Below, in pieces: positions 24,098-32,000 of a stretch of DNA of 32,000 nt. The stretch spans positions 1,080,001-1,112,000 of the forward strand of contig OW818675.1 of the NCBI GenBank assembly GCA_942493095.1, read 5' to 3'. Under the pieces are notes generated by a model, which searched no databases, was not told the DNA's origin, and worked only from the letters and a program-made list of their open reading frames with translations. This stretch comes from Candidatus Electronema halotolerans. Lineage in GTDB: Bacteria; Desulfobacterota; Desulfobulbia; Desulfobulbales; Desulfobulbaceae. The position numbers and the translations under genes are program-made. Each line of letters begins with the position of its first letter. The stretch's first letter is position 1.

Positions 24098-27000
24098 GCA
24101 AGACCGCAACCCTGACCATCAACGGCCAGCAGTTCAGCCTTGCCCCTGACCAGACCATCCTGGCCGCCGCTGCGGAGGCAGGGATTGACATCCCGCATCT
24201 CTGCCACCTGCCGGGCCGCCGCGATGCTGACCAGCCGTGCCTGCTCTGCCTTGTCGAGGTGAACGGCAAGCGGATGCGGGCCTGCAAGACGCTGATCATG
24301 GACGGCATGGTGATTGAGACCGAGACTCCGGCCTTGGTCGAGCACCGCAAGGAGCGGCTGACCCAGCTCGCGGCTGGTCATTACGGCGACTGCAAGGCCC
24401 CGTGCAGCATGACCTGCCCCGGCTTGATCAACGTGCAGGGCTATATCGGCCTGATTGCCCAGCGGCAGTTCGGCCCGGCCCTCCAGCTAATCAGGGAGAA
24501 GAATCCCCTGCCCGGCATAGTCTGCCGGGTCTGCCCGGCCTTTTGCGAGTATCCCTGCCGCCGCGCCCTGCTGGATGAGGCTGTTGCCATCAACAATCTG
24601 AAACGCTTTGCCTTTGACTATGCGGTCAAGCATCCCCTGCCGCCGGAGACAACCGCTCCGGCCACGGGTCGCAAGGCGGCAATCATCGGCGGCGGCCCGG
24701 CGGGTCTGAGCGCGGCCTGGTTCCTGCGCAAGCAGGGCCACAGCGTCACCATCTTTGAGGCCGGCCCGGCTTTGGGCGGAGCCGCCCGCACTGCCATTCC
24801 CGCCTTCAAGCTGCCCAAGGAGAACTTGGCCCGGGAGATTGAGGCCGTGCTTTCCCTTGGCGTTGAGGTCAAGACCAGCACCGCCTGGGGCCGGGACTTC
24901 TCCCTTGCCGACCTTCAGCAGCAGGGCTTTGAGGCAGTGTTCATCGCCACAGGTCTTGCCGGTCATAAGAAATTGAGCGTGCCAGGCAGCGAGCTGACCC
25001 AGGACGGTCTGAACTTCCTTGCTCAAGTCAACCAAGGCAGCCTGACCTCCCTGTCCGGCAAGGTCCTGGTGGTCGGCGGCAGCAAGACAGCCCTGGAGGC
25101 GGCCCGCTGCGCCCTGCGGCTGGGCGCTGAGGAAGTCCTGCTGATTCACGACCGGGCCGCTGTCCGCATGACCGCGTATGAGAAGGACATCCGGGCGGCG
25201 CAGGAGGAAAAGGTGCGGATGCTGATGCTGACCGCCCTGCTGGCGGTGCGGCAGGAGGAAGACGGCACCCTGACCGCTGATCTGGCCCGGACAGAGCTGG
25301 TTGATGACGACGTGCGGGGCGCGCCCGTGGTCAGGGAGGGGGCTTCCCTGATCTGGCAGGGCGGCACCATTCTCAACTGCCGGGGACGGCAGGGCGACAG
25401 CGGCTTCCTGTCGTATGGCGAACTGGAGAGCAGGCTGGAGATCACGGCCAAGAAGACCATCAAGGTCAGCTCATCGACCATGCAGACCTGCCTGCCCGGC
25501 ATCTATGCGGGCGGGGAAGTGGCCAGCGGGCCGCGCTCAGTGATTCAGGCGGTCAATGCGGGCCGCAAGGCGGCTGAGGCCATGCACCGGCAGTTTGGCG
25601 GGGTTGAGCCGGAACTGGCGGACGGGCATTTCAACTTCAGCAAAGGCCGCAAGTTCGACAGCATCGACATGAGCAACTACAGCGGCATGGCCATTCAGCC
25701 ACGGCCCGTGATGCCGCAGCAGGCGAGTGCGCAACCCCGCCGCGATTTCAGCCAGACCGAGCTGGGCTACACGGAAGAAATGGCCGTGCGCGAGGCCCGA
25801 CGCTGCCTGGAATGCGGCTGCACTGCCCTGAGCAAGTGCGAGCTGCGCCCGCTCTGCCGGGATCACAAGGTCTCTGCCAATGCGGCCCCGGCCCAGCGGC
25901 GGAGCGCGGTTGACAGCTCGCATCTCTTCATCAGCGTGGATGCGGACCGCTGCATCGGCTGCCAGCGCTGCGAGCGATCCTGCGAGTTTGATGCCTTTGT
26001 CTATGCTCCGGGCGAGCTGGTGCCGACCTTGACGATCAAGGACAACTGCGTCTCCTGCGGGGCCTGCGTCGATGCCTGTCCGACCGGTGCCCTGACCAAG
26101 AAGCAGCTGGCCCTGCCGCTGCTGCCAGGTGAAGCGGAACTGGTGCGGAGCGTCTGCACCTACTGCGGCACCGGCTGCAGCGTCGATATTGCCTTGAAAA
26201 GCGGCACCATTGTCGAGATCAAGGCCCTGTCTGACGCGCCGCCCAACAACGGCGATCTCTGCGTCAAAGGCCGCTTCGGCTATGACTTCTACTCCCACCC
26301 GGAGCGGCTGACCAGGCCCCTGATCCGGGAGCGGCTCGACCAGCCCTTCCGCGAGGCAAGCTGGCAGGAGGCCCTGTCCTTTGCCGCATCAGGCTTCCTG
26401 CGCATTCAGGAGCAGCACGGCCCGCAGGCCCTTGGCGTGCTCTCCTCTTCCCGCTGCGAGAACGAGGTCAACTACTTGGCCCAAAAGTTCTGCCGGGCTG
26501 TATTCCGCAGCAACTCGGTGGATAACTGCGCCCGCGTCTGCCATGCGCCCTCAGTCAGCGGCCTGCGCATCGCTCTGGGCAGCGGCGCGGCCACCAATGC
26601 CTTGGAGGACATTGAAGGCACAGAAGTGCTGCTGATCAGCGGTTCCAATCCGGCTGAAGCTCATCCTGTGGTGGGGATGAAGGTGCGCCGGGCCTTACGT
26701 AAGGGCGGTAAACTGATCGTCATTGATCCGCGCCAAACCGAGATGGCCAAGCTGGCTGACATCCACCTCCAGCTCATTCCGGGCACCAATGTCCTCCTGC
26801 TCAACTCCCTGCTTCATGCCATTCTTGACGAGGGCTTGGAGGACAAGGACTTTATTGCCGCCCGGACCGAGAACTTAGACAGGGTGCGCGAGCACGTCGC
26901 CGCCTACGCGCCGGAAGTCATGGCCGAGCAGACCGGCGTGCCTGCGGAGCTGGTGCGCAAGGCGGCCCGCCTCTACTGCTCAACCAAGAAGGGCATGATC

Positions 27001-28170
27001 CTTTACGGCCTTGGCATGACCGAGCACCGCAACGGCACCCAAGGGGTCATGGGCTTGGCTAATATCGCCCTGGCTTCCGGCAATGTCGGACGGCGCAACG
27101 CAGGCATCTGCCCGCTGCGCGGCCAGAACAATGTCCAAGGCTCCTGCGACATGGGCGCGCTGCCTTATGTCTATTCCGGGTATCAGGATGTGGAGGACGA
27201 GGCCGCCCGCAGCCGGATGGGCCAGAGCTGGGGCGCGGATCTTCCCGCAGAGAAGGGCATGACTGAGCCGGAGATGTACGAGGCCGCCCGCAACGGCAGT
27301 TTCAAGGGCATGTACTGCATCGGCTATGATCCGCTGCATACGCAAGGCGACGTGAATAATGTCCGGGCCGCGTTCAGCCAGATGGAGATGGTGGTGGTGC
27401 AAGACATCTTCCTGACCAAGACCTGTGACATGGCCCATGTTGTCCTGCCAGCAGCCTGCTTCTACGAGAAGGACGGCACCTTCACCAATGCCGAACGCCG
27501 CATCCGGCGCATCCGCAAAGCAGTTGAAGCACCTGGCGAGTGTCGGCCTGACTGGCAGATTGTCTGTGATCTGGCCCAAGCAATGGGGCGTGACATGGCC
27601 TGTCCTAACGCGGCGGCAGTGATGGATGAAATCGCGGTCTGCACCCCCAGCATGGCCGGTGTCAGCTTTGCCCGACTGGAAGGTGACGGTCTGGTTTGGC
27701 CTTGCCCAAGCTGTGATCATCCCGGCACGCCCGTCCTCCATACGGAGAGCTTCACCCGTGGCAAAGGCTATTTCTCGGTTTTGGGCAATGTCGAGACCTT
27801 GGAGCGGCCTGATGCCGAGTATCCCTTCATCTTAGTCACGGGCCGACGGCGTGAACACTACAACAACGGCTCCATGACCCGCCGCTGCGCCGGACTGATC
27901 AGCCTGGTGCCAGAGGAGAAGGTGGATATCCACCCGGATGATGCGGCCAAGCTCGGCATTGCCGACGGCCAGCGGGTGCGGGTGCGTTCACGGCGGGGCG
28001 AGCTGGAGGTCACAGCTTGCGTCACCGACCGCAGCAGGCCCGGCTCCGTCTTCATGGCCTTTCACCATGAGGCCACGCTCACCAACCTGCTCACCAGTCC
28101 GGGGCTGGATGAAATCGCCCTGACCCCGGAGTACAAGGCCTGCGCAGTGAGCATCAGCAGCCTTGCATAA
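24094..28170 (+). CDS. fdhA: Fusion protein: 2Fe-2S ferredoxin domain + GltD/NfnB-like FAD/NAD(P) oxidoreductase + 2x[4Fe-4S] + molybdopterin formate dehydrogenase alpha subunit (Cys type)
   Basis: The N-terminus LTINGQ...CHLPG...CLLCLVEV is 2Fe-2S. GDCKAPC...CP...CRVCPAFCEYPCRR plus AIIGGGPAGLSAAWFLRKQGHSVTIFEA is GltD-like. CIGCQRCERSC and CVSCGACVDACP are ferredoxin-type clusters. CTYCGTGCSVD (Mo-bisMGD 4Fe-4S) and NCARVCHAPS (active-site Cys, TGC at 26539-26541) are FdhA-like. Its start overlaps the mvhD stop (ATGA). Confidence 0.85.
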   Translation: MSKTATLTINGQQFSLAPDQTILAAAAEAGIDIPHLCHLPGRRDADQPCLLCLVEVNGKRMRACKTLIMDGMVIETETPALVEHRKERLTQLAAGHYGDCKAPCSMTCPGLINVQGYIGLIAQRQFGPALQLIREKNPLPGIVCRVCPAFCEYPCRRALLDEAVAINNLKRFAFDYAVKHPLPPETTAPATGRKAAIIGGGPAGLSAAWFLRKQGHSVTIFEAGPALGGAARTAIPAFKLPKENLAREIEAVLSLGVEVKTSTAWGRDFSLADLQQQGFEAVFIATGLAGHKKLSVPGSELTQDGLNFLAQVNQGSLTSLSGKVLVVGGSKTALEAARCALRLGAEEVLLIHDRAAVRMTAYEKDIRAAQEEKVRMLMLTALLAVRQEEDGTLTADLARTELVDDDVRGAPVVREGASLIWQGGTILNCRGRQGDSGFLSYGELESRLEITAKKTIKVSSSTMQTCLPGIYAGGEVASGPRSVIQAVNAGRKAAEAMHRQFGGVEPELADGHFNFSKGRKFDSIDMSNYSGMAIQPRPVMPQQASAQPRRDFSQTELGYTEEMAVREARRCLECGCTALSKCELRPLCRDHKVSANAAPAQRRSAVDSSHLFISVDADRCIGCQRCERSCEFDAFVYAPGELVPTLTIKDNCVSCGACVDACPTGALTKKQLALPLLPGEAELVRSVCTYCGTGCSVDIALKSGTIVEIKALSDAPPNNGDLCVKGRFGYDFYSHPERLTRPLIRERLDQPFREASWQEALSFAASGFLRIQEQHGPQALGVLSSSRCENEVNYLAQKFCRAVFRSNSVDNCARVCHAPSVSGLRIALGSGAATNALEDIEGTEVLLISGSNPAEAHPVVGMKVRRALRKGGKLIVIDPRQTEMAKLADIHLQLIPGTNVLLLNSLLHAILDEGLEDKDFIAARTENLDRVREHVAAYAPEVMAEQTGVPAELVRKAARLYCSTKKGMILYGLGMTEHRNGTQGVMGLANIALASGNVGRRNAGICPLRGQNNVQGSCDMGALPYVYSGYQDVEDEAARSRMGQSWGADLPAEKGMTEPEMYEAARNGSFKGMYCIGYDPLHTQGDVNNVRAAFSQMEMVVVQDIFLTKTCDMAHVVLPAACFYEKDGTFTNAERRIRRIRKAVEAPGECRPDWQIVCDLAQAMGRDMACPNAAAVMDEIAVCTPSMAGVSFARLEGDGLVWPCPSCDHPGTPVLHTESFTRGKGYFSVLGNVETLERPDAEYPFILVTGRRREHYNNGSMTRRCAGLISLVPEEKVDIHPDDAAKLGIADGQRVRVRSRRGELEVTACVTDRSRPGSVFMAFHHEATLTNLLTSPGLDEIALTPEYKACAVSISSLA

Positions 28171-28208
28171 GCGTTTGAGCTGGCAGTGAAAGCCAGACCG
28201 TTCTGGGC

Positions 28209-28245
28209 AAAGGCCCCTTCCGAGGAATCGGGAGGGGCCTTTTTC
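28209..28245 (+). terminator. Rho-independent terminator after the fdh fusion gene
   Basis: AAGGCCCCTTCCG-AGGAA-TCGGGAGGGGCCTT stem-loop followed by TTTTC. Confidence 0.75.
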
Positions 28246-28273
28246 ATGAACCCGACAGCGTGATCGAGGAAAA

Positions 28274-28335
28274 CCCGATACTGCTTTCGGGCTGGCCCGA
28301 TAGTGGTATCGAGCTGGCCCGAAAGCAGTATCGGG
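28274..28335. repeat. Perfect 19-bp inverted repeat with a structured 24-nt loop in the convergent intergenic region
   Basis: CCCGATACTGCTTTCGGGC (28274-28292) pairs with GCCCGAAAGCAGTATCGGG (28317-28335). The loop contains CGATA-GTGG-TATCG, and GCTGGCCCGA occurs twice. Confidence 0.7.
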
Positions 28336-28376
28336 GTGCCGCCTTTGTCCTTCCGTAATCAGGCTGCAAGTATGGG

Positions 28377-29516
28377 TCAGAGATGCTGCTGGAGCCACGA
28401 CCGCAGCACGGCCTCAATTCGGGCATGGGTCTCAGCAGTGGGATGGCCGTCTCCTTTGATCATCACCTCTGATATCTTCCGTTCCGCAAAGGCTTGGCGG
28501 ATCACTGGCAGGAGCGAGAGAAAGGGCAGCTGCCTGCGCCCTGCCCAGGCGGCAGCATGTTCATCCACAGTGCGGGCATAGGTCTGGTGGGCACTGGTGC
28601 TGCCCGGTCGCACGGTGTAGATGCTCAGATTCGCGACCAACAGCCGCACACCGTGCCGCTGCAGCGCATCCGCAAGATAATCCAGATAGGTTTCACTCAG
28701 CTGCCAGCATTCATCAAGCGATGCTGGAGAGATCAGGAAGGGATCGGCATTGGGCAAAGGCTGATATTCCGGGTTGGCCTCTGTCTGCTTTTTATTGCTG
28801 GCAATCAGACGCTCCAGCGGTGAAAGCAGGAAATTCCGGCGCAGACGGGTCAGGGCGAGCAGCAGATATGACCAAGGCAGGCCGGACTGCGCTGACGGCT
28901 GAAGGATGCGGTCTGCGTCATCAAAATAGGGAAGGTTGAAGTAGATTGTTTCCCTGACCCGGTCCTCCCGCAGATCATTCTCATAGAGCAAAAGCAGGAC
29001 AGCGTCAGGCTGCAACGCCAGATATCGCTTTGCATTGGCCGCATAATAAATCGGGCTTGCGCCCTGCACCCCGGCGTTCACGACCTCCCAGCCAGTGCTT
29101 TGGAGATGCTCATTCAGGAGATACGGGAAGGTTTGCTCAAACGTATTCCCATGTCCCTCGGCAATCGAATCGCCGATAACCACCAGCCGTTTCACATTGT
29201 TCTTCTTTGGCTGCACTACAGGGCCGCGAAATCCTCTCCTGTTGATTGCGTAGCGCACTTGGTAGCCTGCCCTGGCCTGCGTGTAAACTGCCTTGGGGAT
29301 ATGAAAATAGAAATACGGGCGGGTCTGGACGATGTAGGGATTGGGCTTGTATGGATCAACTGGACTGGGCGGCGGCGGGGCGGGCACGAGCTGCGACTTC
29401 AGCAGGAAACGCATTGCTGTCTCCCCTGAAAGCAGAAAGAAAATCAGAGGGACTGCAATCACTCCAGTGTAAAAAAAGGCTTTTCTACATAAGCTGTTCC
29501 TGTTCACTGGTGTCAC
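28377..29516 (-). CDS. SGNH/GDSL-family hydrolase with an N-terminal membrane anchor
   Basis: The hydrophobic segment AFFYTGVIAVPLIFFLLSG is followed by LVVIGDSIAEGHG (GDS block I) and a C-terminal GDGHPT (D..H block V). The GTG start at 29516, 7 nt after the dnaA stop, is uncertain. Confidence 0.7.
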   Translation of the reverse strand: MTPVNRNSLCRKAFFYTGVIAVPLIFFLLSGETAMRFLLKSQLVPAPPPPSPVDPYKPNPYIVQTRPYFYFHIPKAVYTQARAGYQVRYAINRRGFRGPVVQPKKNNVKRLVVIGDSIAEGHGNTFEQTFPYLLNEHLQSTGWEVVNAGVQGASPIYYAANAKRYLALQPDAVLLLLYENDLREDRVRETIYFNLPYFDDADRILQPSAQSGLPWSYLLLALTRLRRNFLLSPLERLIASNKKQTEANPEYQPLPNADPFLISPASLDECWQLSETYLDYLADALQRHGVRLLVANLSIYTVRPGSTSAHQTYARTVDEHAAAWAGRRQLPFLSLLPVIRQAFAERKISEVMIKGDGHPTAETHARIEAVLRSWLQQHL

Positions 29517-29525
29517 GCGGCATTG

Positions 29526-30881
29526 TCAACGAACATGCTTGGCAGCACCTCCCAGCTTGTCAGTCAGCATTTCCACCTGCTGGCGGACGCTGCTTTGCTG
29601 GACGATATTGCGGCTGACTGTCTTGATCGCATAGAGCACCGTGGAGTGATCCCGGTTGTAGAGACCGCCAATGTTGGCCAGCGACTCCTCGGTGTATTTC
29701 CGGGTCAGATACATGGCTATCTGACGGGGAAAGCTGATGTTCCGCTTGCGGGAGCGGGAGATCAGCTCATCTATGGAAACCCGGAACTGACTGCTGATCA
29801 GCTCGCGGATGCCTTGGCCGCTCAGGCTCTTCCGGCTGACCGGATCGAGATTGATCAGCCCCTCCAAAACCTCGCGCACCATGTCTGTGTCAGGCGAGGC
29901 GTTGCAGAGATTCGCCTTGGCCCGCAGACCCAGCACCGCGTTTTCAATCCGGCGGATGTCGCCTTGAATATGTTCGGCCAGCAGATGCACATGCTCGTCC
30001 GTTAGCGGCAGTTGGCTGAGACCGGCCTTGCAGCGGATGATCGCCGCTCTGGTGCTGTACTCCGGGGCCTTGATGTCTGTGACCAAGCCGGAACTCATGC
30101 GCGAACGGAAATCCTCATCCACGCCGGTAAGCGAGCGCGGGGCCACGGCTGAGGTGAGAATGACCCGCTTCCCGGACTTGATCAGGAAATCCAAGATATT
30201 GTTCAGCTCCTCCTGGGTCTTGGTCTTGCCGCTCAGGGTGTGGACATCCTCGACCAAGAGCAGATCGCAGCCCTGAATGAAGCGGCTGGAAAACTGCTCC
30301 ATCGTGTTCTCGCGGATGTTCTTGACCATCTCTGCCGAGAACTGCTGGGCAGTCAGGTAATGGAGGCGGGTCTGCGGCGCGCTGTGCATGACCTGATGCA
30401 CCACAGCCTGGGTGAGGTGACTCTTGCCCAAGCCTGTGCCGGAGGTGAGAAACAGGCTGCTGCCAAAGGCGGGATCCGCATCAGCAATGGCCCGGCAGAC
30501 CGTGCGGGCGAGCAGATTGGACTGCCCGACCATGAACTGCTCAAAGGTGTAGCCGGGATGAAGGGAGCGCACTGCGGCCTTGAACTTGTTCATGCCGGGC
30601 AGACGGAGCTGACCAGAGCCGTTCGCTTCCGGCTGCGGCGCAGGCATGGCCTCAGAGACGGTCAGCGAGACCTTTGGCGGCGAACTGCTCAGGCTGCTCA
30701 GACTGGCCTCAATCAGCTTCAGGTAGCGGTCCCGCACCCAAGTGCAAAAGAAGCGGTCTGGGCAGGCTATCTCCAGCACCTGCCTGCTCTCCCGGACGCA
30801 GGCGATGGGTTTGATCCAGAGGCTGTACTCGCTGGCGGAAAGCGTGGCGGACAGGGATTGCTTGACAGTTTCCCAAAGCAT
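29526..30881 (-). CDS. dnaA: Chromosomal replication initiator protein DnaA
   Basis: MLWETVKQSL...YSLWIKPI (domain I); FLTSGTGLGKSHLTQAV (Walker A); LLLVEDVH (Walker B); ..IRELISSQF.VSIDELISRSRKRNISFPRQIAMYLTRKYT..SLANIGGLYNRDHSTVLYAIK (domain IV). Confidence 0.93.
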   Translation of the reverse strand: MLWETVKQSLSATLSASEYSLWIKPIACVRESRQVLEIACPDRFFCTWVRDRYLKLIEASLSSLSSSPPKVSLTVSEAMPAPQPEANGSGQLRLPGMNKFKAAVRSLHPGYTFEQFMVGQSNLLARTVCRAIADADPAFGSSLFLTSGTGLGKSHLTQAVVHQVMHSAPQTRLHYLTAQQFSAEMVKNIRENTMEQFSSRFIQGCDLLLVEDVHTLSGKTKTQEELNNILDFLIKSGKRVILTSAVAPRSLTGVDEDFRSRMSSGLVTDIKAPEYSTRAAIIRCKAGLSQLPLTDEHVHLLAEHIQGDIRRIENAVLGLRAKANLCNASPDTDMVREVLEGLINLDPVSRKSLSGQGIRELISSQFRVSIDELISRSRKRNISFPRQIAMYLTRKYTEESLANIGGLYNRDHSTVLYAIKTVSRNIVQQSSVRQQVEMLTDKLGGAAKHVR

Positions 30882-31230
30882 AAAACAAGGTCTTGGCAGT
30901 CGGAGGTGAAAACAGAAAACAACGGGATGCGGCTTTCTTTTACCTGAAAACCAGCCGGGCCGTCAAAAACGATACAGCCCGATTTGCTCCGCCTTTGCGC
31001 TTGGCGGCGGCAAGGCCGGATCAGGCGGACTTTCAAGCCCTTGCGCTCCGCCTGCGGGCGAAGCTCTTCGGAACGCAGGACTTTTTGCCCCTGCGGCGCA
31101 ATGCTGCCGCATATCAGGAGATTGCCACCTGTCAGCTTTGCCTTGCTGATCTTGGCGGCAAAGGCCGAAGTCAGCCATCCTCAGCCAAGCTGCACCGTCC
31201 TCTGAAATGCGGCATTTTTCGTTGAAAGGC

Positions 31231-31587
31231 TCAGGAGAAGTTGCCGGGAAGATTTAACGCCCGCAGCACCGCCCCTTGAGAAAAAATATCCAGCACGGTT
31301 AAAGAAGCGGGCCGCACATCAAAGAGCAGATAACTGCGCGGTGGCAGGTTGAGCGCGGCGCAGAGCATGGCCCGGATCATTCCGCCGTGGGCGACTGCGG
31401 CGACATGGCCGCCCGATGCGGCGAGGACTGCCAGCATTTCCTTTATCCGGCAGAGAAAATCAGCAACGGCCTCGCCTTCCGGGAAGACAAAGCCTTCATA
31501 GTCCTCCTGCCAAGCAGTGATTTTTTCTGGAGCAGCAGCGGCAATCTCGGCAAAAGTTTTCAGCTCCCACGCGCCGAAATCAATTTT
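31231..31587 (-). pseudogene. Histidine phosphatase family (phosphoglycerate mutase / CobC-like) gene, 5'-truncated
   Basis: The open frame after an in-frame TGA reads KIDFGAWELKTFAEIAAAAPEKITAWQEDYEGFVFPEGEAVADFLCRIKEMLAVL..GGHVAAVAHGGMIRAMLCAALNLP... The N-terminal RHG catalytic segment (about 60-70 aa) is missing, and the AT-rich DNA begins exactly there. Confidence 0.7.
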
Positions 31588-32000
31588 TCAAGAGCCTGTT
31601 CGTAAAAAAGCGAATATCTCATCTATTGATATATAGATAAAGTAAAAAACAGGGGTTTTACTCAAGAGTATCTCGTCGTAATAAATACTTGTCTTGCTGC
31701 ATTGTTTAGTGCAATTTGTCTTATCAAGTGTGATACAATATTTAACAGAAAGTTCAATTTCTCCATTTTTACCTTTAGAAATATCGTAAAAAATATTTTC
31801 GTAAAAATAATCTATACCTTGCTTCTCAAAATCTAAATCTGAAATATCCTTGTTTGCGCGTATTTCTTTGCAATCTTCATAATTGATATTTCTTTGACGA
31901 AAAAATTCCTGAACCTTTGGTACTATCAATTCGTTTTTAATTTTCTCGCTGTCTTTGAGTTGTAAATATGCAACGTAACAGCTTGCAGATTCTTTATTTT
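31588..32000 (-). CDS. Hypothetical protein in an AT-rich foreign segment (5' end beyond the window)
   Basis: The frame is open from the window edge: ..NKESASCYVAYLQLKDSEKIKNELIVPKVQEFFRQRNINYEDCKEIRANKD...IDEIFAFLRTGS*. Its K/N/I/Y-rich composition matches that of the rhs tip. I recognise no family. Confidence 0.45.
   Translation of the reverse strand, partial: NKESASCYVAYLQLKDSEKIKNELIVPKVQEFFRQRNINYEDCKEIRANKDISDLDFEKQGIDYFYENIFYDISKGKNGEIELSVKYCITLDKTNCTKQCSKTSIYYDEILLSKTPVFYFIYISIDEIFAFLRTGS

Noticed and set aside
26539-26541. Checked the FdhA active site for an in-frame TGA selenocysteine and a SECIS element
   Set aside because: The codon is TGC (..NCARVCHAPS..), and the ORF has no internal TGA. 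It is a Cys-type enzyme.
24487-27741. Minus-strand ORFs of 220-253 aa (24487..25149, 25537..26298, 26980..27741) within the fdh fusion gene
   Set aside because: They are antisense shadows of a continuous 1358-codon frame with clear cofactor-binding motifs.
1-32000. Scan for tRNA/rRNA genes and for a canonical multi-spacer CRISPR array
   Set aside because: I could find no cloverleaf-like T-arm/anticodon context, no rRNA-like segment and no array of three or more regularly spaced repeats by eye. The only CRISPR-like repeats are the two at 5925-6002.

Overview
GC-rich Gram-negative chromosomal window. It carries lpxD, hemA, gatC, hflX and dnaA, and the mvhD and formate dehydrogenase genes suggest an anaerobe. 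(1) Positions 1-5818, minus strand, hold a type I-F-like CRISPR-Cas effector operon in an unusual order: small ORF, cas8f, cas5f, cas7f, cas6f, then a stand-alone cas3 with no Cas2 domain that runs off the left edge. No cas1 and no normal array are in view. (2) Positions 5825-6024 hold the most interesting element. It is a two-repeat degenerate I-F mini-CRISPR with its own promoter and terminator. Its 19-nt psi-spacer matches, next to a CC PAM, the 5' UTR just downstream of a perfect-consensus promoter that drives the cas operon. This looks like a CreR/CreTA-type self-regulation or addiction module. (3) Positions 6045-12467 hold housekeeping genes: a DUF457 hydrolase, lpxD, a sirC-like/ccsA-like/hemA operon, gatC, a rhomboid protease and an alpha/beta hydrolase. 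(4) Positions 12493-14547 hold a REP/RAYT locus. It has doublets of two perfect 22-bp palindromes, a RAYT gene split by an IS4-family IS, and a second RAYT stub. (5) Positions 14629-20526 hold a 1965-aa Sec-signal Rhs/YD-repeat toxin with an AT-rich C-terminal tip, no adjacent immunity gene and an in-frame REP palindrome. (6) The rest of the window holds hflX (N-terminal domain has no canonical start codon), a DUF1566 protein, mvhD plus a 1358-aa 2Fe2S/GltD-like/FdhA fusion, an SGNH hydrolase, dnaA, and a 5'-truncated histidine phosphatase that abuts an AT-rich foreign segment at the right edge. Most long ORFs antisense to these genes are high-GC artefacts.
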